Source of the DNA: Betaproteobacteria bacterium | GTDB lineage: Bacteria > Pseudomonadota > Gammaproteobacteria > Burkholderiales > Casimicrobiaceae | Direction: 5' to 3' | Assembly (NCBI GenBank): GCA_040007035.1 | Contig: JBDTVU010000004.1 | Location: forward strand, 3,232 to 67,231 | Length of the DNA: 64,000 nucleotides | Part shown: in pieces, positions 1 through 10,411 of the stretch | How positions within the stretch are numbered: position 1 is the first letter of the stretch | How the letters are laid out: the number at the start of each line of letters is the position of its first letter | The notes under the pieces: generated by a model | What the model was told of the DNA's origin: nothing | The model's database searches: none | Seen by the model: the letters and a program-made list of their open reading frames with translations, nothing else | Position numbers and translations under genes: made by a program

Positions 1-99
1 GGGATCCCGATCCGACTGTGCGGCGGCCGGAACGGACGAACCCGCGAGCGCGAGTGCCAGCAGCGCGAGCGCGAGGGGGAAGCGACGGAAATCGGTCAT
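1..99 (-). CDS. 5' end of an exported protein (partial, runs off the window start)
   Basis: Reverse-strand ATG at 99..97 gives MTDFRRFPLALALLALALAGSSVPAAAQSDRDP, which has a signal-peptide-like N-terminus. Only 33 codons are visible, so the family is unknown. Confidence 0.3.
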   Translation of the reverse strand, partial: MTDFRRFPLALALLALALAGSSVPAAAQSDRDP

Positions 100-259
100 C
101 TCGGGACGTCCTGCGGCGGATTCGGTCCGGCCGGCACCGGTGGGGGGCCCCCGGGGCGCCGGAACGCGAGTCATCTTAGGGTATATTGGGCGGCGCACCA
201 AACCCGCGGATCGGGCCCGCGCGCGCACCGATCGCCTCGCTGGCGCCCACGGCCCGCCG

Positions 260-1075
260 ATGCCCGAACTTCCCGAAGTCGAGACCACCCGCCGCGGCCT
301 GATTCCGCACGCCGTCGGCCGGCGCATCGCGGCGATCCATGTCTACGACCGTCGACTGCGCTGGCCGGTTCCGCCATCGCTGCCCAAGCGAGCGGCCGGT
401 CGCGTGATCGACCGGATCGACCGCCGCAGCAAATACCTGCTTTTCCGACTCGGCGCCGACACGCTGCTCGTCCACCTCGGGATGACGGGGAGCCTGCGCG
501 TATGCAGTCCAGCCGCGTCGCGAAATCCGCATGACCATGTCGAAATCGTGCTGGACTCCGGCGCGACGCTCCGCTACCACGATCCGCGCCGGTTCGGCGC
601 TGTGCTCTGGGTGCCGGGAGACGGGGCCGCGCATCCGCTCCTGGCCGCGCTCGGCCCCGAGCCGTTCGAACACGCGTTCGACGCCGCGTACCTGTGGCAG
701 GCGACGCGCCGGCGCAGCGCCGCAATCAAGCTCGCGCTGATGGACAACCATCTCGTCGTCGGTGTGGGCAACATCTACGCCAACGAGTCGCTGTTCCGCG
801 CCGGGATCCGCCCGACGACGTCGGCGCAGCGGCTGTCCCGGCCGCGGCTCGCACGGCTCGTCGAAGAGGTCCGGGCGACGTTGGCCGACGCGATCGCCAA
901 AGGGGGCTCGACGCTGCGTGACTACGTCGACGCGCGCGGCGAGCCCGGCTCCTTCCAGCTCGACTACTTCGTGTACGGGCGGGAAGGGGAGCCCTGTCGC
1001 GTGTGCGGCAGCGCAATAAAGTCGCTGCGGCAGGGCGGCCGCCAGACGTCATTCTGCCCGCGCTGCCAGCGGTAG
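260..1075 (+). CDS. mutM: Formamidopyrimidine-DNA glycosylase (Fpg/MutM)
   Basis: An internal ATG at 260 gives the N-terminus MPELPEVETTRRGL (catalytic Pro2/Glu3). The C-terminal zinc finger is CRVCGSAIKSLRQGGRQTSFCPRCQ. The track ORF starts 40 codons upstream. Confidence 0.9.
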   Translation: MPELPEVETTRRGLIPHAVGRRIAAIHVYDRRLRWPVPPSLPKRAAGRVIDRIDRRSKYLLFRLGADTLLVHLGMTGSLRVCSPAASRNPHDHVEIVLDSGATLRYHDPRRFGAVLWVPGDGAAHPLLAALGPEPFEHAFDAAYLWQATRRRSAAIKLALMDNHLVVGVGNIYANESLFRAGIRPTTSAQRLSRPRLARLVEEVRATLADAIAKGGSTLRDYVDARGEPGSFQLDYFVYGREGEPCRVCGSAIKSLRQGGRQTSFCPRCQR

Positions 1076-1202
1076 CCGGCGACGTCGGCGCCGGGCCTTC
1101 ATCCCGGCACGGGAAATGCTTCCAACTCCCTATGGTAGATTGACTTTCCGGTTCGCCCCCGCCCGGCTCATGGCGCCGGGTCGCGTCACCGCAGGAGCGT
1201 GC

Positions 1203-3173
1203 ATGCCGCATTCGCGAGACCTCGCAGCCCGGTTCGAAGCCTACAGCGAGTGGCGTCGTCGGCTATCGTCCGGCATTTCGGCGCTGCACGAGTGGCTGGC
1301 CGAACAGGATCTCGCGGACGCGCAGATCGACCTCAAGGTGCAGCGGCTCCTCGAGCGCCTGCACCAGGACAAGCTCGTCGTCGCCTTCGTCGCCGAGTTC
1401 TCCCGCGGCAAGTCCGAGCTGATCAACGCGATCTTCTTCGCCGATTTCGGCCAGCGGCTGCTGCCGTCGTCGGCCGGGCGTACGACGATGTGCCCGACCG
1501 AATTGCTTTACGACGCGACGCGGCCGCCGTCGATCCGCCTGCTCCCGATCGAGACGCGCCAGAAGGACGCGACCGTCGCCGAGTTCAAGAATTACGCCGA
1601 CGAGTGGCTGACGATCCCGCTCGACCTGTCGTCGGCCGAGAAGATGGGCGAGGCGCTCGGCCGGGTGAGCCAGGTCAGGCGCGTCCCGGCCGCCCTGGCG
1701 CGCAAGTACGGCCTGTTCGACGACGAGGAGGACATCTTCGCGTCGATCGACAGCGACGGCGAGGGCGCCGTCGACATCCCGTGCTGGCGCCATGCGGTGA
1801 TCAACTTCCCGCACCCGTTGCTGCAGCAGGGGCTGGTGATCCTCGACACGCCGGGCCTGAACGCGATCGGCACCGAGCCCGAGCTGACGCTCAACCTGCT
1901 GCCGAACGCGCACGCGGTGCTGTTCATCCTCGCCGCCGACGCGGGCGTCACCAAGACCGACCTCGAGGTGTGGAACCGGCACCTGGCCGGCGAGGACTCG
2001 GCGCAGAAAGCGGGCCGCCTCGCGATCCTCAACAAAATCGACGGGCTGTGGGACGCGCTGAGGCCCGAGAGCGAGGTCGTCGCCGAGATCGACCGCCAGG
2101 TCAAGTCGTCGGCGCACCTGCTCGGACTGCCGGCGTCGCAGGTGTACGCGGTGTCGGCGCAGAAGGCGCTGCTGGCGAAGGTCAACGGCGACGACGCACT
2201 CCTCGCGAAGAGCCGGCTGCCGGTGCTCGAGGAGGCGCTTTCGCGCAAGCTCATCCCGGCCAAGCGCGACATCGTCGGCGCGGCGACGCAGGCCGAAGTG
2301 AAGGCGCTGGCTGCGGGCGTGCGCGCGATCCTCGACGCGCGATCCGCCGGCATCGCCGAGCAACTCGCCGAGCTGCGCGCGCTCCGCGGCAAGAACCAGG
2401 ACGTCGTCGAGCACATGATGGACCGCGTGCGCGAGGAGAAGGAGCTGTTCGAGCGCGGCCTGCAGCGGTATACGGCGCTGCGCACGGTGTTCAGCGAGCA
2501 GACCAACCGGCTGCTCGACCACATCGGCCTCGACGCGCTGAAGACCAACGCCAAGCGCACCCGCCGGCACATCGAGGGCAGCCCGTTCACCAAGGGCGTG
2601 CGCGACGGGATGAACGACTTCTTCGCGTCGATCCGCAGCGACTTCGAGCACGCCGCGCGGCAGTCGTCCGAGATCCACGACATGATGCAGGCGATGTACA
2701 CGCGGTTCGCGAAGGAGCACGGCCTCGAACGCTTCACGCCGCCGCCGTTCTCGATGCTGAAGTACCAGAAGGAGATCGACCGGCTCGAGCGCGCGTACAA
2801 CCAGCACTTCAACACGCTGTGGAACATGGTCAGCAAGGCCAAGTTCGCGCTGATGAAGCGCTTCTTCGAGACGATCGCTTCGCGCGTCAAGCACCTCTAC
2901 GACATCGCCAACCGCGACGTCGACAGCTGGCTGAAGTCGATGATGGCGCCGCTGGAATCACAGGTCAGGGAGCACCACCTGCAGCTGCGCCGGCGCCTCG
3001 AGAGCATCAAGCGGATCCACCGGGCGAGCGGCGAGCTGGAGGAGCGCGTCGGCGAGCTCGAGCAGTCGAACGAGGCGCTGGCCGAGCAGGTCGCCGCGCT
3101 CGTCCGCGAAGTCGGCGCGATCGACGCCATCATCGAGCGGCCCGACACGCTGCCGGTCGCCGCCAACGGCTGA
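1203..3173 (+). CDS. Bacterial dynamin-like GTPase (dynamin family protein)
   Basis: GTPase motifs are G1 EFSRGKSELINA, G3 LDTPGLNA and G4 LNKID. The long helical C-terminal half ends in a coiled-coil-like ELEERVGELEQSNEALAEQVAAL. AGGAG lies 5 nt upstream of ATG 1203; an alternative start is at 1116. Confidence 0.8.
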   Translation: MPHSRDLAARFEAYSEWRRRLSSGISALHEWLAEQDLADAQIDLKVQRLLERLHQDKLVVAFVAEFSRGKSELINAIFFADFGQRLLPSSAGRTTMCPTELLYDATRPPSIRLLPIETRQKDATVAEFKNYADEWLTIPLDLSSAEKMGEALGRVSQVRRVPAALARKYGLFDDEEDIFASIDSDGEGAVDIPCWRHAVINFPHPLLQQGLVILDTPGLNAIGTEPELTLNLLPNAHAVLFILAADAGVTKTDLEVWNRHLAGEDSAQKAGRLAILNKIDGLWDALRPESEVVAEIDRQVKSSAHLLGLPASQVYAVSAQKALLAKVNGDDALLAKSRLPVLEEALSRKLIPAKRDIVGAATQAEVKALAAGVRAILDARSAGIAEQLAELRALRGKNQDVVEHMMDRVREEKELFERGLQRYTALRTVFSEQTNRLLDHIGLDALKTNAKRTRRHIEGSPFTKGVRDGMNDFFASIRSDFEHAARQSSEIHDMMQAMYTRFAKEHGLERFTPPPFSMLKYQKEIDRLERAYNQHFNTLWNMVSKAKFALMKRFFETIASRVKHLYDIANRDVDSWLKSMMAPLESQVREHHLQLRRRLESIKRIHRASGELEERVGELEQSNEALAEQVAALVREVGAIDAIIERPDTLPVAANG

Positions 3174-3191
3174 CGCGGGGCTTCGCGGCCG

Positions 3192-4639
<1,448 letters not shown>

Positions 4640-4699
4640 CGGAGGGTCTGGGGAAGGGTCGGGCAGTGCGGACGGCCGCGGCGGGCTGCCGCGGGAGCG

Positions 4700-4709
4700 T
4701 AAAATTATA
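4700..4709. promoter_or_regulatory. Overlapping divergent -10-like hexamers between rsmD and ftsY
   Basis: TAAAAT on + (4700-4705) and a perfect TATAAT on - (4709-4704), in the only AT-rich patch of the 129-nt divergent spacer. No convincing -35 elements. Confidence 0.3.
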
Positions 4710-4768
4710 GCGTTGCCGCACTGCGGGCCGCCGTCCGCGCTCTTCCGCCCACCCGCTCCAGCCCCGCG

Positions 4769-5728
4769 ATGTTCGATCTGTTCAAGCGCAAGCCCGCCGA
4801 CGACGGCGTCGCCCCGGAAGAGGACCGGCGAACGTGGGGCGAACGGCTGCGGTCCGGACTGACGAAGTCGCGCGAGAAGCTAGCCGGCGCGCTGACTTCC
4901 GCTTTCGGCCGCAAGACGCTCGACCTGGAAACGCTGGAGGCGCTCGAGGCGGCGCTGATCGGCGCCGATGTCGGGATGCCGGCGACGCGCCGGCTCCTCG
5001 CCGACCTCGAGTCCCGCTGGAAGAACGCGGGCGCCGACAGCGATCCGAAAGCGATGCTGAAGGAAGCGCTGCGGGAGCTGGTCGCGCCGCTCGAGCGACC
5101 GCTCGTCGTCACCGCGGCGCGGCCGTTCGTCATCATGCTCGCCGGGGTCAACGGCGCCGGCAAGACGACTTCGATCGGCAAGCTGGCCCGGCATTTCCAG
5201 GCGCAGGGGCTGTCGGTCCTGCTGGCTGCCGGCGACACGTTCCGCGCCGCGGCGCGCGAGCAGCTCGCCGTATGGGGCGCGCGCAACGGCGTCGCGGTGA
5301 TCGCGCAGGAGGGCGGCGACGCGGCGGCGGTGATGTTCGACGCCATCGCCGCCGCGAGGGCGCGCGGGATCGACGTCGTCCTTGCCGATACCGCTGGCCG
5401 GCTACCGACCCAGTTGAACCTGATGGACGAGATCCGCAAGGTCCGGCGCGTGATCCAGAAAGCCGAGCCGACGGCGCCCCACGAGACGCTGCTGGTCCTC
5501 GACGCCAACACCGGCCAGAACGCGCTGGCGCAGGTGAGGGCGTTCGACGACGCGCTGGCGTTGACCGGCCTCGTGCTGACGAAGCTCGACGGCACCGCCA
5601 AGGGCGGCGTGGTCGCGGCGATCGCCACCGAGCACCCGATTCCGCTGCTGTTCATCGGCGTCGGCGAGGGGGTCGACGACCTGAAGCCGTTCGTTGCCGC
5701 CGAGTTCGTCGACGCGCTCGTCGGCTGA
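4769..5728 (+). CDS. ftsY: Signal recognition particle receptor FtsY (short form, no long acidic A domain)
   Basis: SRP-GTPase motifs GVNGAGKTTSIGKLA, DTAGRL and TKLDGTAKGG. Confidence 0.9.
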   Translation: MFDLFKRKPADDGVAPEEDRRTWGERLRSGLTKSREKLAGALTSAFGRKTLDLETLEALEAALIGADVGMPATRRLLADLESRWKNAGADSDPKAMLKEALRELVAPLERPLVVTAARPFVIMLAGVNGAGKTTSIGKLARHFQAQGLSVLLAAGDTFRAAAREQLAVWGARNGVAVIAQEGGDAAAVMFDAIAAARARGIDVVLADTAGRLPTQLNLMDEIRKVRRVIQKAEPTAPHETLLVLDANTGQNALAQVRAFDDALALTGLVLTKLDGTAKGGVVAAIATEHPIPLLFIGVGEGVDDLKPFVAAEFVDALVG

Positions 5729-5776
5729 CGGCGGGACGTGGGCAGCGGCGCGGCCCCTGCGCCGTTCGTCCCGCCG
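5729..5776 (+). terminator. Hairpin immediately after the ftsY stop codon
   Basis: Outer 10-bp stem CGGCGGGACG / CGTCCCGCCG enclosing a GC-rich inner element. It is followed by CTTC, with no real T-tract. Confidence 0.35.
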
Positions 5777-6001
5777 CTTCAGGGATTCGTCGCCCCATCG
5801 GACGCCCGCTCTTGCCGGCACGCAGGCGGTCCGCGGGCGACGTGAAGCCCCGGTTCGGGCGAAGGAGCGAGCGCACACTCTCCTTACAAGCCTCATAACG
5901 CGGGATCGAGTTCCATGAGCCCGGGACGAGCCGTGAGCGCGACGCGGAACGCTTCGACGACCCGGAAGACCGCTCGGGGCAGTACCCGACAATTCTGCTC
6001 A

Positions 6002-6029
6002 GGAACTTTTCCACCCTTTGGCACTCAGA
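6002..6029 (+). promoter_or_regulatory. SigmaE/AlgU-type (ECF) promoter candidate upstream of rpoH
   Basis: GGAACTT (6002-6008), a 16-nt spacer, then TCAGA (6025-6029). This matches the enterobacterial sigmaE consensus GGAACTT-N16-TCAAA except for one base in the -10. Confidence 0.5.
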
Positions 6030-6047
6030 AGTGGCGAGTGCTAAAAT
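6018..6047 (+). promoter_or_regulatory. Sigma70-type promoter candidate upstream of rpoH
   Basis: -35 TTGGCA (6018-6023), an 18-nt spacer, and extended -10 TGcTAAAAT (TAAAAT at 6042-6047). It lies about 75 nt upstream of the rpoH ATG. Confidence 0.4.
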
Positions 6048-6120
6048 GGCTGCGGGCGGTTGGATCGGGGCGCGAAGGGCGCTCCGCCGCACCGGCAGCC
6101 CGGCGAAGGAGATTCCGACG

Positions 6121-6975
<855 letters not shown>

Positions 6976-6998
6976 CGCGGTTTTCCCGTCAGCAGCAA

Positions 6999-7031
6999 GC
7001 GAGAACGCCGGCCCCGTGCCGGCGTTCTCGC
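6999..7031. terminator. Hairpin between convergent rpoH and kup
   Basis: Perfect 14-bp stem GCGAGAACGCCGGC / GCCGGCGTTCTCGC with a 5-nt loop. There is no strong T-tract on either side. Confidence 0.55.
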
Positions 7032-7063
7032 ATTCGGAAGGCCCCGCTCGCCGGCTCGCGCCG

Positions 7064-8944
7064 CTACAGCTCCACCTGCGTGCCGAGCTCGACTACGCGG
7101 TTCGTCGGCACGTGGAAGAAGTCGGTGGCCTTGACCGCCATCTTCGACAGCGCGACGAACAGCCGCTCACGCCACAGCGCCATTCCCGGCGACACGGTGG
7201 CGATCAGCGTCTCGCGGGAGACGAAGAACGACGTGTCCATCATGTCGAACTCGAGCCCGCGATCGGCGCAGGTCTCGAGCAGCACGGGGATGTCCGGGTC
7301 CTCGATGAACCCGAAGTACGTCTCGAGCTGGTAGAACTCGTGGCCCAGCCGGGTGATCACCATGCGCTCCGCAGGCGCAACGCGCGGGATGTCCCGCGTG
7401 TGGACGGTCAGGAACACGACGCGGTCGTGCAGCACCTTGTTGTGCTTCAGGTTGTGCAGGAGCGCGTGCGGAACGCGGTTCGACGTCGACGTCAGGAACA
7501 CTGCTGTGCCGGGCACCCGCGGCGGCGGGCTCGTGCCGACGCTTTCGATGAACGCGTCGAGCGGCATCGAGTCCGCCTCCAGCCGGTCCATCAGGATCGA
7601 GCGTCCGCGCTTCCACGTCGTCAGCAGCGTGAACACGGCCCCGCCGATGAGCAGCGGGAACCAGCCGCCCTCGGGAATCTTGAGCGAATTCGACGCCAGG
7701 AACGCGAAGTCGATGCACAGCAGCGGGACGGCGATCGCAAGTGCGACCGGGCGGCCCCAGTGCCAGACGCGGCGCATGACGACGTAGATCAGCACCGAGT
7801 CGATCATCATCGCCATCGTCACCGCGATGCCGTACGCGGCGGCGAGGTTGTCGGACCTCCGGAATCCGAGCAGAAGCAGCGTCACCGCGACGAACAGCGT
7901 CCAGTTGACGAACGGCACGTAGATCTGCCCGATCTCGCGGTCGGAGGTGTGCAGGATCTTGAGCCGCGGGCAGTAGCCCATCTGGATCGCCTGCCGGGTC
8001 AGCGAGAACGCGCCGGAGATCACCGCCTGCGACGCGATCACCGCCGCCATCGTCGCCAGGATCACCAGCGGGAACAGGCCCCATTGCGGCGCCAGCAGGT
8101 AGAACGGGTTCTTGATCGCCGCGCCGTCGGCGAGCACCAGCGCGCCCTGCCCGAAGTAGTTGAGGACGAGCGCCGGCATCACCGCCCACAGCCATGCCCG
8201 CCGGATCGGCGTCACCCCGAAATGGCCCATGTCCGCGTACAGTGCCTCGGTGCCGGTGACCGCGAGGACGATGGCGCCCAGGGCGAGGAACGCGGCCTTC
8301 GGGTTCGCCACCACGAACGCCAGCCCGTGATGCGGGCTCAACGCCGCCAGCACGCCGGGCCGCTCGGCGATCTGCAGGATCCCGAGCACGGCGAGCACGG
8401 CGAACCAGACGCACATCACGGGGCCGAACATCACGCCGACCGACGCGGTGCCGCGCTTCTGGATCCAGAACAGGCCGATCACGATCGCCACCGACACCGG
8501 CACCACGTACGCGTGCAGCGCCGGCGCCATCACCTCGAGGCCCTCGACGGCGCCCAGCACGGTGATCGCCGGCGTGATCATGCCGTCGCCGTAGAACATC
8601 GCCGCGCCGAAAATGCCGAATCCGACCAGCCACCACCGCGTGCGCGACCGGAGCTCGACGCCGCGCGACACGAGGGCCGTCAGCGCCAGGATCCCGCCTT
8701 CGCCGCGGTTGTCGGCGCGCATGATCAGCGTCACGTACTTCAGCGTGACGATGACCACCAGCGACCAGAACACGATCGACAGCAGGCCGTAGACGTTGGC
8801 CGGCGTGAGCGCCAGGCCGTGCTCGCCCGAGAACACGACGCGCATCGTGTACAGCGGCGACGTGCCGACGTCGCCGTAGACGACACCGAGCGCGCCGAGG
8901 ATCAGCGGCGCCAGCGGCTTTTTCGGATCGGGGGCGGCAGTCAA
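7064..8944 (-). CDS. kup: Kup/HAK/KT-family potassium uptake transporter
   Basis: N-terminal LGALGVVYGDVGTSPLYT signature, multiple TM segments and a soluble C-terminal domain; 626 aa. Confidence 0.9.
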   Translation of the reverse strand: MTAAPDPKKPLAPLILGALGVVYGDVGTSPLYTMRVVFSGEHGLALTPANVYGLLSIVFWSLVVIVTLKYVTLIMRADNRGEGGILALTALVSRGVELRSRTRWWLVGFGIFGAAMFYGDGMITPAITVLGAVEGLEVMAPALHAYVVPVSVAIVIGLFWIQKRGTASVGVMFGPVMCVWFAVLAVLGILQIAERPGVLAALSPHHGLAFVVANPKAAFLALGAIVLAVTGTEALYADMGHFGVTPIRRAWLWAVMPALVLNYFGQGALVLADGAAIKNPFYLLAPQWGLFPLVILATMAAVIASQAVISGAFSLTRQAIQMGYCPRLKILHTSDREIGQIYVPFVNWTLFVAVTLLLLGFRRSDNLAAAYGIAVTMAMMIDSVLIYVVMRRVWHWGRPVALAIAVPLLCIDFAFLASNSLKIPEGGWFPLLIGGAVFTLLTTWKRGRSILMDRLEADSMPLDAFIESVGTSPPPRVPGTAVFLTSTSNRVPHALLHNLKHNKVLHDRVVFLTVHTRDIPRVAPAERMVITRLGHEFYQLETYFGFIEDPDIPVLLETCADRGLEFDMMDTSFFVSRETLIATVSPGMALWRERLFVALSKMAVKATDFFHVPTNRVVELGTQVEL

Positions 8945-9096
8945 GTGGGAGAGGGTGCTGGGCCGGTCGGCGGACGACCGCCGGCACAGCGCGTTCGAGT
9001 CGCGACGATCAGGCGCCGCCGTCGGTTGCGGTCGCGATGCCCGATTCGCGCGGCGGGGGGCCGCGGTCGGTCGCCCTCGAGATGCCGCGGTGTCGC

Positions 9097-10401
9097 TCAG
9101 GTGCCATTGTCGTCGCCGCGCCGCGCGAACCGGATGTTGAGCTGCTTCAGTTTCCGATAAAGGTGCGTGCGCTCGAGCCCGGCCCGCTCGGCCACCCGGC
9201 TCATGTTGCTCTGTTCCCGCCCCAGCAGCTGCTCGAAGTAGATCCGCTCGAACGCCTCCCGCGCATCGCGCAGCGGAAGCTCGAAGAATCGGGCGGTGAT
9301 CTCGGGCGCGACTGCGTGGTGCGCTGCCGCCGCCTCACCGAGCAGCCGTTTCACGTGGTCCGGCGTGATCTCGCCCTGGCCCGGGTTGAGCACGAGATTG
9401 GCGATCACGTTCTGCAGATGGTCGAGGTTGCCCGGCCAGTAGGCGTTCGCGAGCGTGGCCATCGCCGCGCCCTGCAGCGCGGCCAGCGGTCGCGCAACGC
9501 CCTGCTGCGCGCTTTGCTGCTGCAGCGCGATGTCGCGCCAGAACCGCTCGATCAGCGCCGGAATGTCGTCGCGCCGCGACCGCAGCGGCGGCAGCATCAC
9601 TGCGCCGGCGGACAGCGCCGACAGCAGCGCCGCGTCGAACTTGCCTTCGGCCGCGAGGTTGCCCAGCGGCTCGGCGCTGGTCGTGACCAGCGTCACCCCG
9701 GCCTTCCCGAGTTTCGGCAGCAGGAACGCGAGCCCCTTCTGCTCGGCCTTCGAGTACTGTCCGATCTCGGCGCAGTACAGCGTGCCGTCGCGCGCCTCCT
9801 CGAGCAGCGCGAGCGGGTTCGCGACCAGCCGGGCGCCGGTCGGCATGGCGATCCACGGCGTGTCCGGCAGCCGCAGCGCATGCGCGGCGGCGTCGTGGCC
9901 GGTGCCGGCCTCGCCCAGGATCAGCAGCGGCCGCCGCGCGACGAGTATCTGCTCGATCGCCCGTTCGACGTCGCGCACGGCGGCGCTCGCGCCGAGCGCG
10001 GCCAGCGACACGTGCCGCGGCTCCTTCGCCATCGCCGTCTTCAGCGCGCGCGACACGGTGCCCAGCAGCTTCTGCAATCCGACCGGCTTTTCGAGGAAGT
10101 CGAACGCGCCGATCTTGGTCGCCTCGACCGCGGTCTCGATCGTACCGTGGCCGGACATCATCACCACCGGCATCGTCAACTGGCCCGACGCCGCCCACTC
10201 GCGCAACAGCGTCACGCCGTCGGTGTCCGGCATCCAGATGTCGAGCAGCACCAGCGCGGGCTGCTGCTTGTGCCGGTAGTTCCTCGCCTCGGTCGCGTTC
10301 TCGGCGAGGCTCACGCGGTAGCCCTCGTCCTGCAGGATCTCGGAAAGCAGCTCGCGGATGCCGACTTCATCGTCGACGATGAGGATTTCGCTGGCAATCA
10401 T
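9097..10401 (-). CDS. ntrX: NtrX-like response regulator (receiver + degenerate AAA+ + Fis-type HTH)
   Basis: Receiver LLDIWMPDTDG and C-terminal HTH SNMSRVAERAGLERTHLYRKLKQL. In the central module Walker A reads GEAGTGHD, Walker B reads LYCAEIG, and there is no GAFTGA loop. Confidence 0.8.
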   Translation of the reverse strand: MIASEILIVDDEVGIRELLSEILQDEGYRVSLAENATEARNYRHKQQPALVLLDIWMPDTDGVTLLREWAASGQLTMPVVMMSGHGTIETAVEATKIGAFDFLEKPVGLQKLLGTVSRALKTAMAKEPRHVSLAALGASAAVRDVERAIEQILVARRPLLILGEAGTGHDAAAHALRLPDTPWIAMPTGARLVANPLALLEEARDGTLYCAEIGQYSKAEQKGLAFLLPKLGKAGVTLVTTSAEPLGNLAAEGKFDAALLSALSAGAVMLPPLRSRRDDIPALIERFWRDIALQQQSAQQGVARPLAALQGAAMATLANAYWPGNLDHLQNVIANLVLNPGQGEITPDHVKRLLGEAAAAHHAVAPEITARFFELPLRDAREAFERIYFEQLLGREQSNMSRVAERAGLERTHLYRKLKQLNIRFARRGDDNGT

Positions 10402-10411
10402 CGCGCCTATC

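Noticed and set aside
6019-6036. TGGCAC upstream of rpoH looks like a sigma54 -24 element.
   Set aside because: The required GC/TTGC -12 element is absent at the fixed spacing (TGGCAC-tcaga-AGTG). The same bases are better explained as the -35 of a sigma70 promoter.
5729-6120. ftsE/ftsX are absent between ftsY and rpoH, and the 392-nt spacer might hide an sRNA or gene remnant.
   Set aside because: Six-frame translations show nothing protein-like, and I could find no SRP, 6S or tmRNA-like conserved motif. ftsEX may simply be encoded elsewhere. The synteny difference from E. coli is not unusual outside the enterics.
7016-9160. A 714-aa + strand ORF. Similar long antisense or alternate-frame ORFs occur at 10358-12688, 12929-15214, 48737-51490, 30378-32666 and 1199-3286.
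   Set aside because: All of them overlap well-supported genes (kup, ntrY, rsmB/fmt, atpA/atpG, yidC, the dynamin-like gene) in another frame or strand. They show the same Arg/Pro/Gly/Ala-rich composition. I treat them as GC-driven artefacts.
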